From NCBI GenBank assembly GCA_964016885.1, contig OZ024743.1:40052001-40116000 (forward strand): a DNA stretch of 64,000 bases, given 5' to 3'. Source of the stretch: Eledone cirrhosa. Taxonomy: Eukaryota. Below, in pieces: positions 52,395 through 64,000 of the stretch. The stretch's first letter is position 1; each line of letters starts with the position of its first letter. A program made the translations under genes and the position numbers. Below the pieces are notes generated by a model that ran no database searches, had not been told where the DNA came from, and was given only the letters and a program-made list of their open reading frames with translations.

Positions 52395-55300
52395 ATGGCA
52401 CTGGAACAAGACAACACAACTTCAAACTCCAATATAGATGAGGAAATCCTGAAAATCCTAAAAGAGATAAATGGAAAACTCACCATTCTGACAAAAAAAT
52501 AGGATATACCCCAAACCACCACACCGACTGACAACCAAATTTATTTAAACGTTCAAAACGTATGCAACTCCATCGAAAAACTTATGAATACCAAAACAGA
52601 ACAGAAAACATTGCTCCATATCAAAAACAAATGGGACACCTCTGGAAAAAACATCTAAAAACCCAGAAAATTCACTTTCTGGAATATGATAAAAAACCTC
52701 AACAAAGCTGGAATTTACCAGAAATGGATTAACTCAACACCGATAGTTTTACCACGTAAACTCCAAATAAAGCATATTACAAATGAACCTGAACCAGAAA
52801 GAAAACTCCGTGAACAAATGTCACTCAACAGGATAAACATGGAAATAAAACTCCTAAAATTAAGGGCCACCTCCAACGAGCAAGAGTATAAGGATACTGA
52901 TAAAAAAATGGAGGAAGAATGCACTAAAAAGGCCGAGGGAACAACCCTACAAAATTTAATCAGATCGTGGAAACAGGACTGCGAGAATGCAGAAATTATT
53001 TCCTTTAAACTTTTGGAAAAATCCGAAAACTGGTTCCTCAAATATGAAGAAGACTTTAAAAGGACGCACCAAACAGGTAACCCCTTTATAAAGCATTTGA
53101 ACATAACAAGAACTACAACAGACACATTTACACCACCAAACCCAACACACACTAACCACAGGCACATCCTCCACCAACACAAACCAAATACGGCCAACTA
53201 CACCAAAAGGAACACACCCAACCACCACAACACAGGTTTCCGTAGAAATACCCCCTACATAAACCAACGACGAAATAACATAGATCCAACTCACAACACA
53301 CACACCACATTCCTCAGAAGAAATCCACCCAGACCACTTGAAATCACAACAGAACTTACCAACAACCACACCAGACATCACCCTCAATCCAACAAAAGAC
53401 AATAACGCACCCAGACCACATGAACCAACAACAGAACCCTTGCTCATTAACAACCACAACACATACCACCCCCACCATCACATTCACCCTCAAGAAACAA
53501 CAAGCTACAGACCCACACGCAACAGACCAACAAAATATAATCACACACAAAACTACATTCCTTTTTTAGGGAATAGCCTGAAATAGCAGGATACTCGATG
53601 GCCACCCTCAGGAGAAACCAAAAATAATCAACCTCTCAAAGACACCTCTAACCAACACACAAATCAACATTTTAAGTAAGGGCCTGAAATTTACACCTAC
53701 ACCACGTAAACCAAACTTCCCCGAAATGAAGGATGACATCATAGAATTCTGCCGAAAGCTGCGACTAACGGAATTCTTCCACAACGACACCAACACGGAA
53801 GACGAATCACTGGTTAGAAATAAAAGCAATTTCTGCCCACAAAAGGGAAGAAATAAAGCACTGGACACGTACTGCGAACACATCACCAACTTTCCCTATG
53901 AAAAAATTACAGATAAACACACGAAATCAAACCTATCTACACACGAATGGGAAGAATTATTCACACTTAGAAACAACCCTGAGATAACCATCAAAGAAGC
54001 CGATAAAGGCAGTACTGTTGTCATTATGAATACGGACTACTATAGGACCCTCGCACTTAACATTTTAGAAAACAACACATACTATGAAAAAACAGAAAAC
54101 TACAAACACACCAACACAATGGGGAACCTTTTGACCTTACTGAATAAATACCGCAACAGCTTAACCACAAAAGAGTTTAACTATATAAGCCACTTCAAAT
54201 GCAATACAAGCTCCTTTTACGGCTTACCGAAACTCCGCAAATGTAAACCCATAAACGATGCATGTGACACCTCAACCAACAATTACATTGAACTAACACC
54301 ACCAGAAGACCTAAAACTCAGGCCAATTATAGCAGGCCCTACATGTGAAACCCACATACTTAGCAACTTTCTGGACATCCTACTGAAACCCTTTCTACAA
54401 CATATACAGAGATACATACGAGATGACCTTGACATGCTGAAACACCTCCCTAAAACAGTAAGTGCAAATACAATTCTTGTCTCCTTTGACGTAATAAACC
54501 TCTACACAAACATACCCCACAACTATGGAATAACAGCAGTCCAATACTGGCTTAACACACACCCATCAGAAATACCGACACGCATCAAGAAATATTTTAT
54601 CACTGACGGACTCCGCTTTATCTTACAAAATAACTACTTCACATTCAATAGTTCAACATAGAGACAAGTATCAGGTACTGCAATGGGCACGAAGGTAGCA
54701 CCCACATATGCCAACCTAGTCATGGGATTCCATGAACTACAAATATACAGTCAGTCCCTTCTCTTATTTGGAGACTCTTTCCACACACACCTCAAAGCCA
54801 ATTGGAAAAGATATCTAGACGACTGCTTTATCCTATGGCAAGAAGACATGAACTCACTTACTATGTTTAAAAACATGATAAACAACATAGATAATAACAT
54901 ACAATTCACAATGGAATCCAATCCCAAGGAATTAGCCTTCTTGTATATTCTCATCTCTGTAATAGACGGGAAATTAGATACAGATATATTCTATAAACCC
55001 ACAGATCCCAAGCAATACCTCTTTTTCACATCAAGTCACCCAAAACATACAAAACTTAACATTCCTTACAATTTGGCCAAACGTATAGGTACCATAGTAT
55101 CAGATCCACCTAAACGGGAGCAAAGACTAAAGGAACTAAAAGACACCCTTATCTTAAGAGCCTACCCACTTGAAATAATCAACAATCGAATAGACAGGGC
55201 AAAACACCTAAATCCCCATCAACTTAACAATCCAAAACAGAAAACCACACTCAACACCCTGCCATATGTATCCACTTTCAACCCCAGAAATACCGCAATG

Positions 55301-55874
55301 TTTGATCACCTACACAAAAACCTCCCCATCCTACTTAAAGATGTTAAAATGAAGTCTATTCTTGAAACACACAAGATCCTTAGAAGTAAAAAACAACCCA
55401 AATCACTAAAACGCATTCTCACTGGACCAAATATACCCAAACAAATCCTCAACCCTACAGTTACCAAATGTGGTAGAACAAACTGTGGAACGTGCCTCTA
55501 CCTCACTGAAGGACAAAAATTTACATTTAAAGATGGCCAAACATTTACAGTAAAAAAACAATTTCACCTGCAACTCGGAGAACTTGATTTACGCAATAAC
55601 TTGCGGTGGGTGCAAACACAACTATATAGGACAGACGGGCACCTCATTACGCAAAATAATGACCATCCACCGCCAACAAATCCGAGACGCTAACACAAGA
55701 AAAATCCCCTTGAGCAGCCATATTGCGAACTGCGGAGGAATGACACTACCCAACTTTAAAATCTTCCCCTTCTACAAGTGCTCAGATTCGTTCACAGAGC
55801 AACAAAGAATAAACAAAGAAAATCTATTCCTTAACAAATTTAAACCAAAACTAAACGGGTTATCACCCCAATAG
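52395..55874 (+). pseudogene. Penelope-like RT + GIY-YIG polyprotein with a few stops and frameshifts
   Basis: INLS..ILSKGLKFTP, IKEADKGSTVVIM, FYGLPK, RPII, SFDVINLYTNIP, AMGTKVAPTYANL, RYLDD, YKPTD, SSHP, linker CGRTNCGTC, and LIYAITCGGCKHNYIGQT...H. Confidence 0.93.
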
Positions 55875-56194
55875 AATTCTCACAAAATATAAACACACAT
55901 ACGCACGGAGTGACAGATATGTGTGTGTATGTGTGCATGTATATAATTATCACTACTATTAAAGACCAGAGACCAATTCTGTAGAATCAGGTTTATTCGT
56001 TGACAGACCATGCCTTTGTGTGACCAACACATCCAGGTTAAACCCTGCACGTGCACACACATATATCTATATATATATATGCGCACAAAGAATTCACCAC
56101 TGTCGGTTGCAGGGCGCAATCTACATGAAGAACTCAATGTGATCAGAATGACTTGTATTTTAATTTCACTGTTCTAACTTCTTATGGAAAAAAT

Positions 56195-56647
56195 ATATGT
56201 GTATGTATGTATGTATATATATATATATTTGGAGGCCATTTCTCTATGTGTGTGGGTGTATGTATGTGTATGTGTGTGTGTGTATGTGTGTGCATTTGGA
56301 TGTATATATGTATGTGTATGTATGTGTATGTATGTGTATGTGTGTATCTAGATGTATGTGTATGTATATATACGTGTGTGTGTGTATGTGTGTGTGTATG
56401 TGTATATATGTGTGTGTGTGTTTGTATGTGTGTATGTGTGTATGTGTGTGTGTGTGTATGTATGTGTGTGTGTGTGTATATATATATATGTGTGTATGTA
56501 CAGATATATATATATGTGTATGTATTTGTGTGTGTATGTATGTGTGTATCTGGATGTATGTGTATGTATATATATGCGTGTGTATGTGTATATATATGTG
56601 TGTGTGTATGTGTGTATGTGTATGTATGTGTATGTGTGTGTATATAT

Positions 56648-56692
<45 letters not shown>

Positions 56693-56722
56693 TATGTATA
56701 TGTATATGTATGTATGTGTGTG
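56195..56722. repeat. Long degenerate (TG/TA)n microsatellite inside the Penelope 3' UTR
   Basis: Directly visible. Confidence 0.95.
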
Positions 56723-57023
56723 CACTAAATCCCTTTCTATCACTCTCCCCTCCCCTACCGACCACAGGGAGATATGTGTATGTATATTGCTTCCACCCCC
56801 TCACTGGCCAGCAGCTGGCCATCTGGCCATTGCTAAATATGACCTTAAAAAAAACTACTCCCCACAAATAATTCCTCATTCACCACCAGAAAGAGACACA
56901 CAGCAGTCAACTTGCTGCTACCAAGATGAAAACTACTATGAAATCCCACACTGAATTTTATACTTGAATTTTCAAATCTCAAATTTTAACTCGTCTTATT
57001 ATTACTTTTTCTTAATATTAATC

Positions 57024-57071
57024 AACATTTGAAAAGATGGCTTTTGCAGACCCATCGAAACCGGTCATTTT
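57024..57071 (+). ncRNA. Minimal type-I hammerhead with U3-A8 core (UUGAAAA) in the Neptune-like 3' pLTR
   Basis: aacat-TTGAAAA-GATGG cttttgcagac CCATC-GAAA-CCGG-TC-atttt. Confidence 0.7.
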
Positions 57072-57215
57072 TTATACCCTTTATTCTTTCCTTACCTTAT
57101 AATTTTTTTTTTTTTTTTTCACAAAAAAGTATTCTGTCTCTTATATATTCCATGTGCCATTACCAACCTCAATTTTCTCTATAACCTTCGTTTTGTGTAG
57201 AAACTTACACTTTTC

Positions 57216-57279
<64 letters not shown>

Positions 57280-59144
57280 ATATATATGCTTTGTTTTTGA
57301 ATTCGTTTTGCGAGATATCTCATCTGAAAATATCCGCTCAAACAGATATTTTTATACTTTTGGAGAGTCATGCTGCCAAGAAAAACACACGCACTTATTA
57401 GTTTTACCATCTGAATTTTCGAGGCTTCCAAACGATTAAAGAAATTTACCATATATATATATATATGTGTGTGTGTGTGTATGTGTGTGTGTGTGTGTAT
57501 GTGTGTGTGTGTGTGTGTGAGAGTGTGAGAGTGAGTGTGTGTGTGGGGGTGAGTGTATGTGGGTGTGTGTGTATGTGTGTAAGTGTGTGTGTGTGTATCT
57601 ATTTGTTTAAATTTATCCTTGCACACATATCCTGCACCTTTTCTAATAAAAGGTGTTGTTTTTGTTTTAATACTTTCTACCAGAATCATGTATAGCTATA
57701 GAAATTATTTCATCTGGGAAATGAGTGTGTGTTAAAAATGAGGATCCTGTAGATTACTGAAACAATAACACAAAAAGTTTAGCAGAAATATGTATTAGTA
57801 TACTGAGAGATTGGGATGCGACAGCTGGTTTATATATATTAGAAAGAATCATCTTAATACCCAACACTAAGAACTTGACTTTCGTAGCCTTTCCTATGTT
57901 TTCACTTACGAAGCTGATAACGTTTGTGAAACATTATAACGGGATAAATATAGAAATGTTTTAAGATGAATTGTGTTGAGTCCATCAAAGTATCTATACC
58001 ATTTTGATTTATATATCAAATTCCCACATGAAACGTACACATTCCCATAACATCTCATCCGGCATTCCAAAACACTTTAACAGTAGTAAGATAATGTTCT
58101 GTAGGAAAATAAATCGATCCGTTTCCAGAGGAGCCGAAATCATGCTACAAAAGCTCATAGTGTTGTAAATATCAATTGCTGACCAACAAGTATATAGGGC
58201 ATGACAGCATTAGAAGAATGAAGCTTGTTCCATTGTTCGTACAACAGAATTAGTAATTATCGGGATCCGACGGATGTCCATAGATCAGGAATTATACCGA
58301 GTAAAGAGCCAGAACAAATACCCAAAAGCATGCAATGCGACGCTCAAACAACTCTGCCAATTCATTGCCTTTCTCTCTTAGATATTGTTGTAGTACATTC
58401 TAAAACATATTATAAAACCCCTTGTTTCCATATATTTCCATATATATAATAATGCGACAAGCTACAATGGACCTAAATAGAATTTTTACAGAATATTAAT
58501 CAAATAACATGACCAATAACATTTTACGTAACTATACGGGAACGATTAATTTAACAAGATTTACCCTGTTTTCTCATCCTGTAATCTGCATTATGAACTC
58601 CATAGACTAAAATATGACTAAATACATATCATAGGGATTATTTATTCTTTTAATGGTTTCAGTTATTATATTAACCATGTTACTGTTTTGCTTTAAGGGA
58701 ATTTAGTTTATCACATCGATACAATTACTTACGTTTTCAAAACTAATACCGATATTTTGTAGACATGCTAAAGTTAAGTAAAAAAAATGAAACGCAAGCT
58801 CAAATACAAAAAAAAAACACACACACAGACCAGACGCGCGCGCGTGCGCACCGCAACACGCACACCCAGACACACAAACACACACACGCTCAAACACAGG
58901 AAAGTGAAAGCAAGATGAAGAGGAGTAGCTGTCCGGGAAAGTAGCTCTCGAACGTTCGTCATAAATAAATAGTTTTTTTAATTGTATAGGTACACCTATT
59001 GGTAAATGAAACAAATGTTCATATTTGAGAAGTATGTTATCTTAACAGAACTCCAGTGACTCAAATCATATGAAGAAAGTTATGCGTCTCGAAAAAGGTG
59101 GTCGAATAAAATGTTTTGCAGTGTTTGTTGCTGCCTACTGCTAC

Positions 59145-59210
59145 CTGGTTTCAAATCTCACCCAGATCAGCCTTGCCATTCATCGTTTCGGGATCGACAA
59201 ATATAGTACC
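59145..59210 (+). mobile_element. Degenerate tRNA-SINE remnant (another at ~43395-43465, minus strand)
   Basis: ggtttcaaatctc..gccattcatcgtttcgggatcgacaaatatagtacc resembles the B box plus core of the SINE at 20164. Confidence 0.55.
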
Positions 59211-60754
59211 GTTCCCGCACTTGAATCGATTATTCACCTTTATTAATATCTCCCACATATTCTCTTGAAGAAACCGGCTGCTTTATGTTAGTTTGAAATG
59301 CCCGTGTCTTCGATGGCGCCCTAACGACATCTTTATGTATTCATGCTCCATGCAATGCGTTTGAATACTTTGTTCAAGGTATCTTCTTCGTGTAGTGTGC
59401 ACTAGAGTATCAGTTACAAAGATTGGCTAGATGTGGTTCCGCTTCAGCTGAAAACATTGCTGTCCTGTCTCATTAAACTCTGCCAAGTCCAATGCTGAAC
59501 AGGAGTGTTCAAACAGGTGGCATACCAGAAGGTGCTGCATAGTCTGTTGTTCGATGCCGCAGTCACATACAACATCACCATCATTTAAATATCCACATCT
59601 TGCAAGAGTGACGTTTGCACATCCAACACCAAATCTTAATCTATTTAGTCACTTCCATAGTGTATAGCTTGTATCTGCTCAAGGGTGCAGTGCCTCACTT
59701 ACCTTTAGCTCTATTGTTGTTACTGATGGTTGTTAAGTTGAATGTATAAGATTATGCAATAATCAATCTCCGAACTTACGTAGAGAATGATGATTGTTTT
59801 TAAGCCCAATTGCAAACTATGATTTACAAACTGACACAAAATGTGACGTTGAATGGCAAATCAAATTTTCTGTGCATCTATGTTTTGAGTTCATGAGTGA
59901 AAGATTGGAAGCAGCCGTTATATTTCGCCTCTTTCACTCACGTATTATAATATTTATTGGATGAGAGTATTCCCACTTTATACATCTGCCATATGATGAT
60001 CAAATGGAAGTGAAGGACACAGAGACAGTAGTAGATATTATGAAATATAGGTAAGAGTAGTAATATTGGCATAGCTTATGTGCCAATAATAGCTCCATGT
60101 TTAATCCATCATGAGAATAGGTTGTGTGCATATGTTGTATTGTCATCGTTGCAATCCGCTCTTTTTAATTATTTATGAAATACATCAAGATGGCTGCAAC
60201 GTAAATCTCTTCATTCCTTCGATTGTGTTATAATCTGCATATATCACGTTGCCTAAATATGTGTGTGTCTGTGTTTTATCTACAGTTAAAATCATTGTTA
60301 CTTTATCTAGCATAATAAGAGTGTTTAAAATCAATTTTGCCATCTTCTTGTTTACCATATCGCATTTTGATTTAAAAATTGAATCTCATATCTATTACTA
60401 TAATAAAGCTTTTTGCTGCCGGAAGCAATGTTTCTAATAATTAGTGGTAGACTTTCCATTACAGATTCATCCGAATCCAGTCCGACTTAGCATGATTTTT
60501 TAAATGGATACCGTCAAAATGTAAATACGTGAAGATAATGAGTTCCCTTAAAATATTACTCTCCTAACTAAAATATGCTTCGTCTTTTATTTTCCATTTT
60601 GTCAATTATCACAACTGATATTTGTCATCTCTACATCTCTTTTATATACCTAATTCTTATTTATTTTATCTTACTAACTGCTAATTTCCCTACGATCTAA
60701 GTGTAGAGAATGATATCAAACGCCTAATTCTGTATAAACACACAAGCGCTCAAA

Positions 60755-61012
<258 letters not shown>

Positions 61013-61199
61013 ATTTATTAAAATAACACATTAAAGTTTAAGCAAAGAATCGCTGCTTTCACCCTTAACGGGATCTTCTGAAACTAGTCTTCAAATTTAT
61101 TATTATTACTATAGAATATATATATATAGTATATAGTATATATATATATATATAGGCAAAAGGGCTATTTAATTTGTTGGTAATTGAACAAATGAACAG

Positions 61200-62430
61200 C
61201 ACGTAAAACCCTAATAGAATGTAATAACCATCTCTAGACAAGGGCCGACAGAAATATCAATTTTGATATCACTATGGGATCATGTCACTCAGCGCACGTA
61301 ACAGGCCTCGTGGGATTATTCATTAATAATGTACTGCATAGAAAAATACCAGAAATGACTGGATGTTTATATCGCGATGATATGTTACTTTTAATTTAAA
61401 ACCATAGAATGGTGAAATTAATAGGGAAAGGAAATCCATAATACAATTTTTGAAAAGCTACAACGTTAATTTAGGAATCGGGAATAATTACAAAATCGTT
61501 AACTTCTTAGATGTAACCTTAAACCTTAGCCCAGGTATTATCCATTCAATAAAATTAACGAACATCTAAATTACGTAAGTTTCAATTCTAATCATCCTAG
61601 AAATATTAAAAACACTATTATCAATAGCGTCCAGCAACGGATTTAACGCATCTCTGCTAATAAAAATATTTTTGATGATAAGGCAGAATACTACAATGAA
61701 GCTTTAGATAGAGAAGGATACTCGAATAAAATTAAATACTTTGATAACAATAACGCGACAAATCATCCTAGAATTCATTATAATAACAATAAACAATTCA
61801 ACTTAAATAGTAAACCAAACAAAAAAGAACTAGAAATATTATTTGGTCATCTCCTCCATTCTCATTAGGCGTTAAAACACATTTAGCAAAGCTATTTTTT
61901 AAAGCACTAGATAAATGTGTTCCCAAAGCCCACAGATACCGCTCTATTTTTAACAGACACACTATAAATCTATCCTACTCTACTACTATGAACATAGCAC
62001 AAAATATAAATAGAATTAATAATAGAAACTTAAATTTAAACCAAGATAGCAATAATAATATTTCTAACAACAATATTCATAATAATAGTACCGTTCCTAA
62101 TAACAACAACTCCAGAATATGTAATTGTAGAATTAAATCAAACTGCCCTTTACAAAAAACTTGCTTAGACAAAAATATAATTTATAAATGAACAGTTAAA
62201 ACTAGAAATAAAGTATTTAACTATACAAAATTCAAAGAAAGCTGGTACAACTATAAACATACATTTAATAGGGCTTATAAAAAATCTTCCACTTCACTTT
62301 CACATTTAATTCGGAATTTAAAGAACAGCAGTATAGTCTATTCAATATCTTGGGAACGATCTCTAAAGCACCTGCATACCGAAATATCGCTGTGTCAAGA
62401 ATCTGTAATTTATGTATAGAGGAATGTCTT
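61200..62430 (+). mobile_element. Degenerate Penelope-like element (probably Naiad-type), RT-to-EN fragment
   Basis: TMGSCHSAHVTGLVGLFI, CLYRDD, VNFLDVTLNL, SNHP, SPPFS, CNCRIKSNCPLQKTCLDKNIIYK, STSLS and CNLCIEE. Confidence 0.85.
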
Positions 62431-62439
62431 CTGGCCTGG

Positions 62440-64000
62440 AATTACAACAGCAATCACAGAGCTCGGGAATACATGGGACCACTGCAATCGGATAGCACCG
62501 ACTCAATCATGTGCTCCACCTACCCCGCCAGTATACCTTGTTTATCCCTTCAAGTGCATTTGCCCTTACTACTTCCACTACAAAGGGCTGAACTATGTGG
62601 TTATTTTTGACAGATACTCCAACTGGACAATTGTAGAGAGATCTCGGGAAGGTGCCAAAGGATTAATTGAGAGTCTACGCCGTACATTTGTTACTTTTGG
62701 AATTCCAGACGAACTGTCCTCAGATGGTGGCCCTAAGTTTACAGCCTCAGCAGCCAGGGATATCTTGAAAAACAGGGTGTCCATCATCGACTATCTTCAG
62801 TCGCCTTCCCCCACAGCAACTGTCGGGCAGAAGTCGGTGTTAAAACTGTGAAACGTCTCATTAAAGACATAACGGGACCCAACGGCCAGTTAGACACGGA
62901 CTCACTGCAACGCGCCATGCTGCAATACAGAAACACCCCAGACAGAGACACCAAGTTATTCCCTGCGATGTGTGTCATTGGTAGACCCATTAACGATTTC
63001 ATTCCAATCCTTCTCGGCCGCTACAAGCCTCATGACACCTGGCGTCACACACTTGCCTTGAGAGACGATGCCCTCGGAAACAGGCACATGAAGATTGCAG
63101 AACGCCTTTCTGAACACACCAAGCGATTGCCACCCCTTGTCATTGGAGATCTCGTGCGAATACAAAATCAAACAGGCCCTCAACCGTTAAAATGGGACAA
63201 AACAGGCTGTGTGATTGAAGTTCGTCAGTTTGATCAGTATGTCATACGCGTGGATGGATTAGTCAGAATGGCCCTTAGAAACCGGACATTTCTAAGAAAG
63301 TACACCCCTGTTCATCCATCGAGGGCACAGATAACCTTATCAGACGACTTACCCCATCGATCCCAACAAAGACAACATAGTATGTCTTTCTCGCTTCGTC
63401 AACCATTTATTCCGGAGCCCCTGCTCGCAAAGGACGCCATCAAAGCTCCTCAAAACACTACAGATCTACAAATGACACCATCACCCAACCTGACAACGCT
63501 TGACATCCAGCCATTGCCACCGTCGCCACCATACCCAGCTATCCAGCCACCAGAGTTACATTCCCTAGCCTACCACACTACATTCAAAATAAGTAGCACA
63601 ACACCTACCCCAGCACCCTGTATAACACCCTCCCTGACCAACACACAGGAACTAACACTAAGATGCTACTCCCGGGCCAAGAAGGAGCCCACGTGGCTCA
63701 GTGATCATGTGCATGTGATTGGAGCAGAATAATCCCTGGGCCTGAGGCTAGTCTACCCAGTGATCGCCCTTCTCCTTTCGGTTTGTGTTATTGCTTCTAT
63801 TGACGTTAATTGTTCCCACCTAGCCAGGATGGCACTGTGTTCAGAACATTCAGTTTATTCTCATATCTGACTTTAGTCTTAAATCATTGCTATATACCTC
63901 AGCGAATATACCAATGACTTGGAGGGAGATAGAGTATTATATATCATTATGTGACGATATGCAAAACATGTTACAGCGTTCTGATACTATTTATTCCTAA
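62440..64000 (+). mobile_element. Ty3/Gypsy LTR retrotransposon 3' portion: integrase pseudogene, polypurine tract (ggagggaga 63921-63929) and probable start of the 3' LTR
   Basis: [47 protein letters not shown] and [28 protein letters not shown]. Confidence 0.88.

Larger units (their letters stand above)
51455..57450 (+). mobile_element. Near full-length Penelope-like element (Neptune-like) with rearranged direct and inverted pseudo-LTR pieces
   Basis: Direct matches 52305-52370/57115-57220, 52173-52224/57401-57450 and 51455-51503/57355-57405. Inverted match 51722-51845/57280-57405. Internal RT-EN ORF. Confidence 0.88.

Overview
AT-rich, microsatellite-laden animal DNA. It is probably cephalopod/Octopus-like, inferred from the tRNA-SINE family and the (TA)n/(CA)n/(GA)n load. 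No confidently identifiable host gene is present; almost all recognisable content is retroelement-derived. This includes a near-intact full-length L1/Tx1-clade LINE (20.7-26.6 kb, minus strand; ORF2 intact, ORF1 with one stop) and a cluster of R4/Dong-type RLE LINEs (26.6-34.7 kb) chained through (TAA)n tracts. There are also a CR1-type LINE, a CRE fragment, a Gypsy integrase/LTR end, tRNA-SINEs and four Penelope-like elements (one Neptune-like, three probably Naiad-like). The most striking signal, read by eye, is a dense set of minimal type-I hammerhead ribozymes (HHRs): about 12 full motifs plus several halves, from about 8 unrelated sequence families. They sit in Penelope pseudo-LTRs and in non-coding elements embedded in (TA)n tracts. 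One such element is a 2.9-kb direct-repeat retrozyme-like unit (5.9-9.2 kb). Others are fold-back elements carrying HHRs on both strands (40.3-43.2 kb, 48.7-49.9 kb). Some HHRs have unusual catalytic-core variants (U3-A8, C4). Most short ORFs in the track are microsatellite or antisense artefacts.
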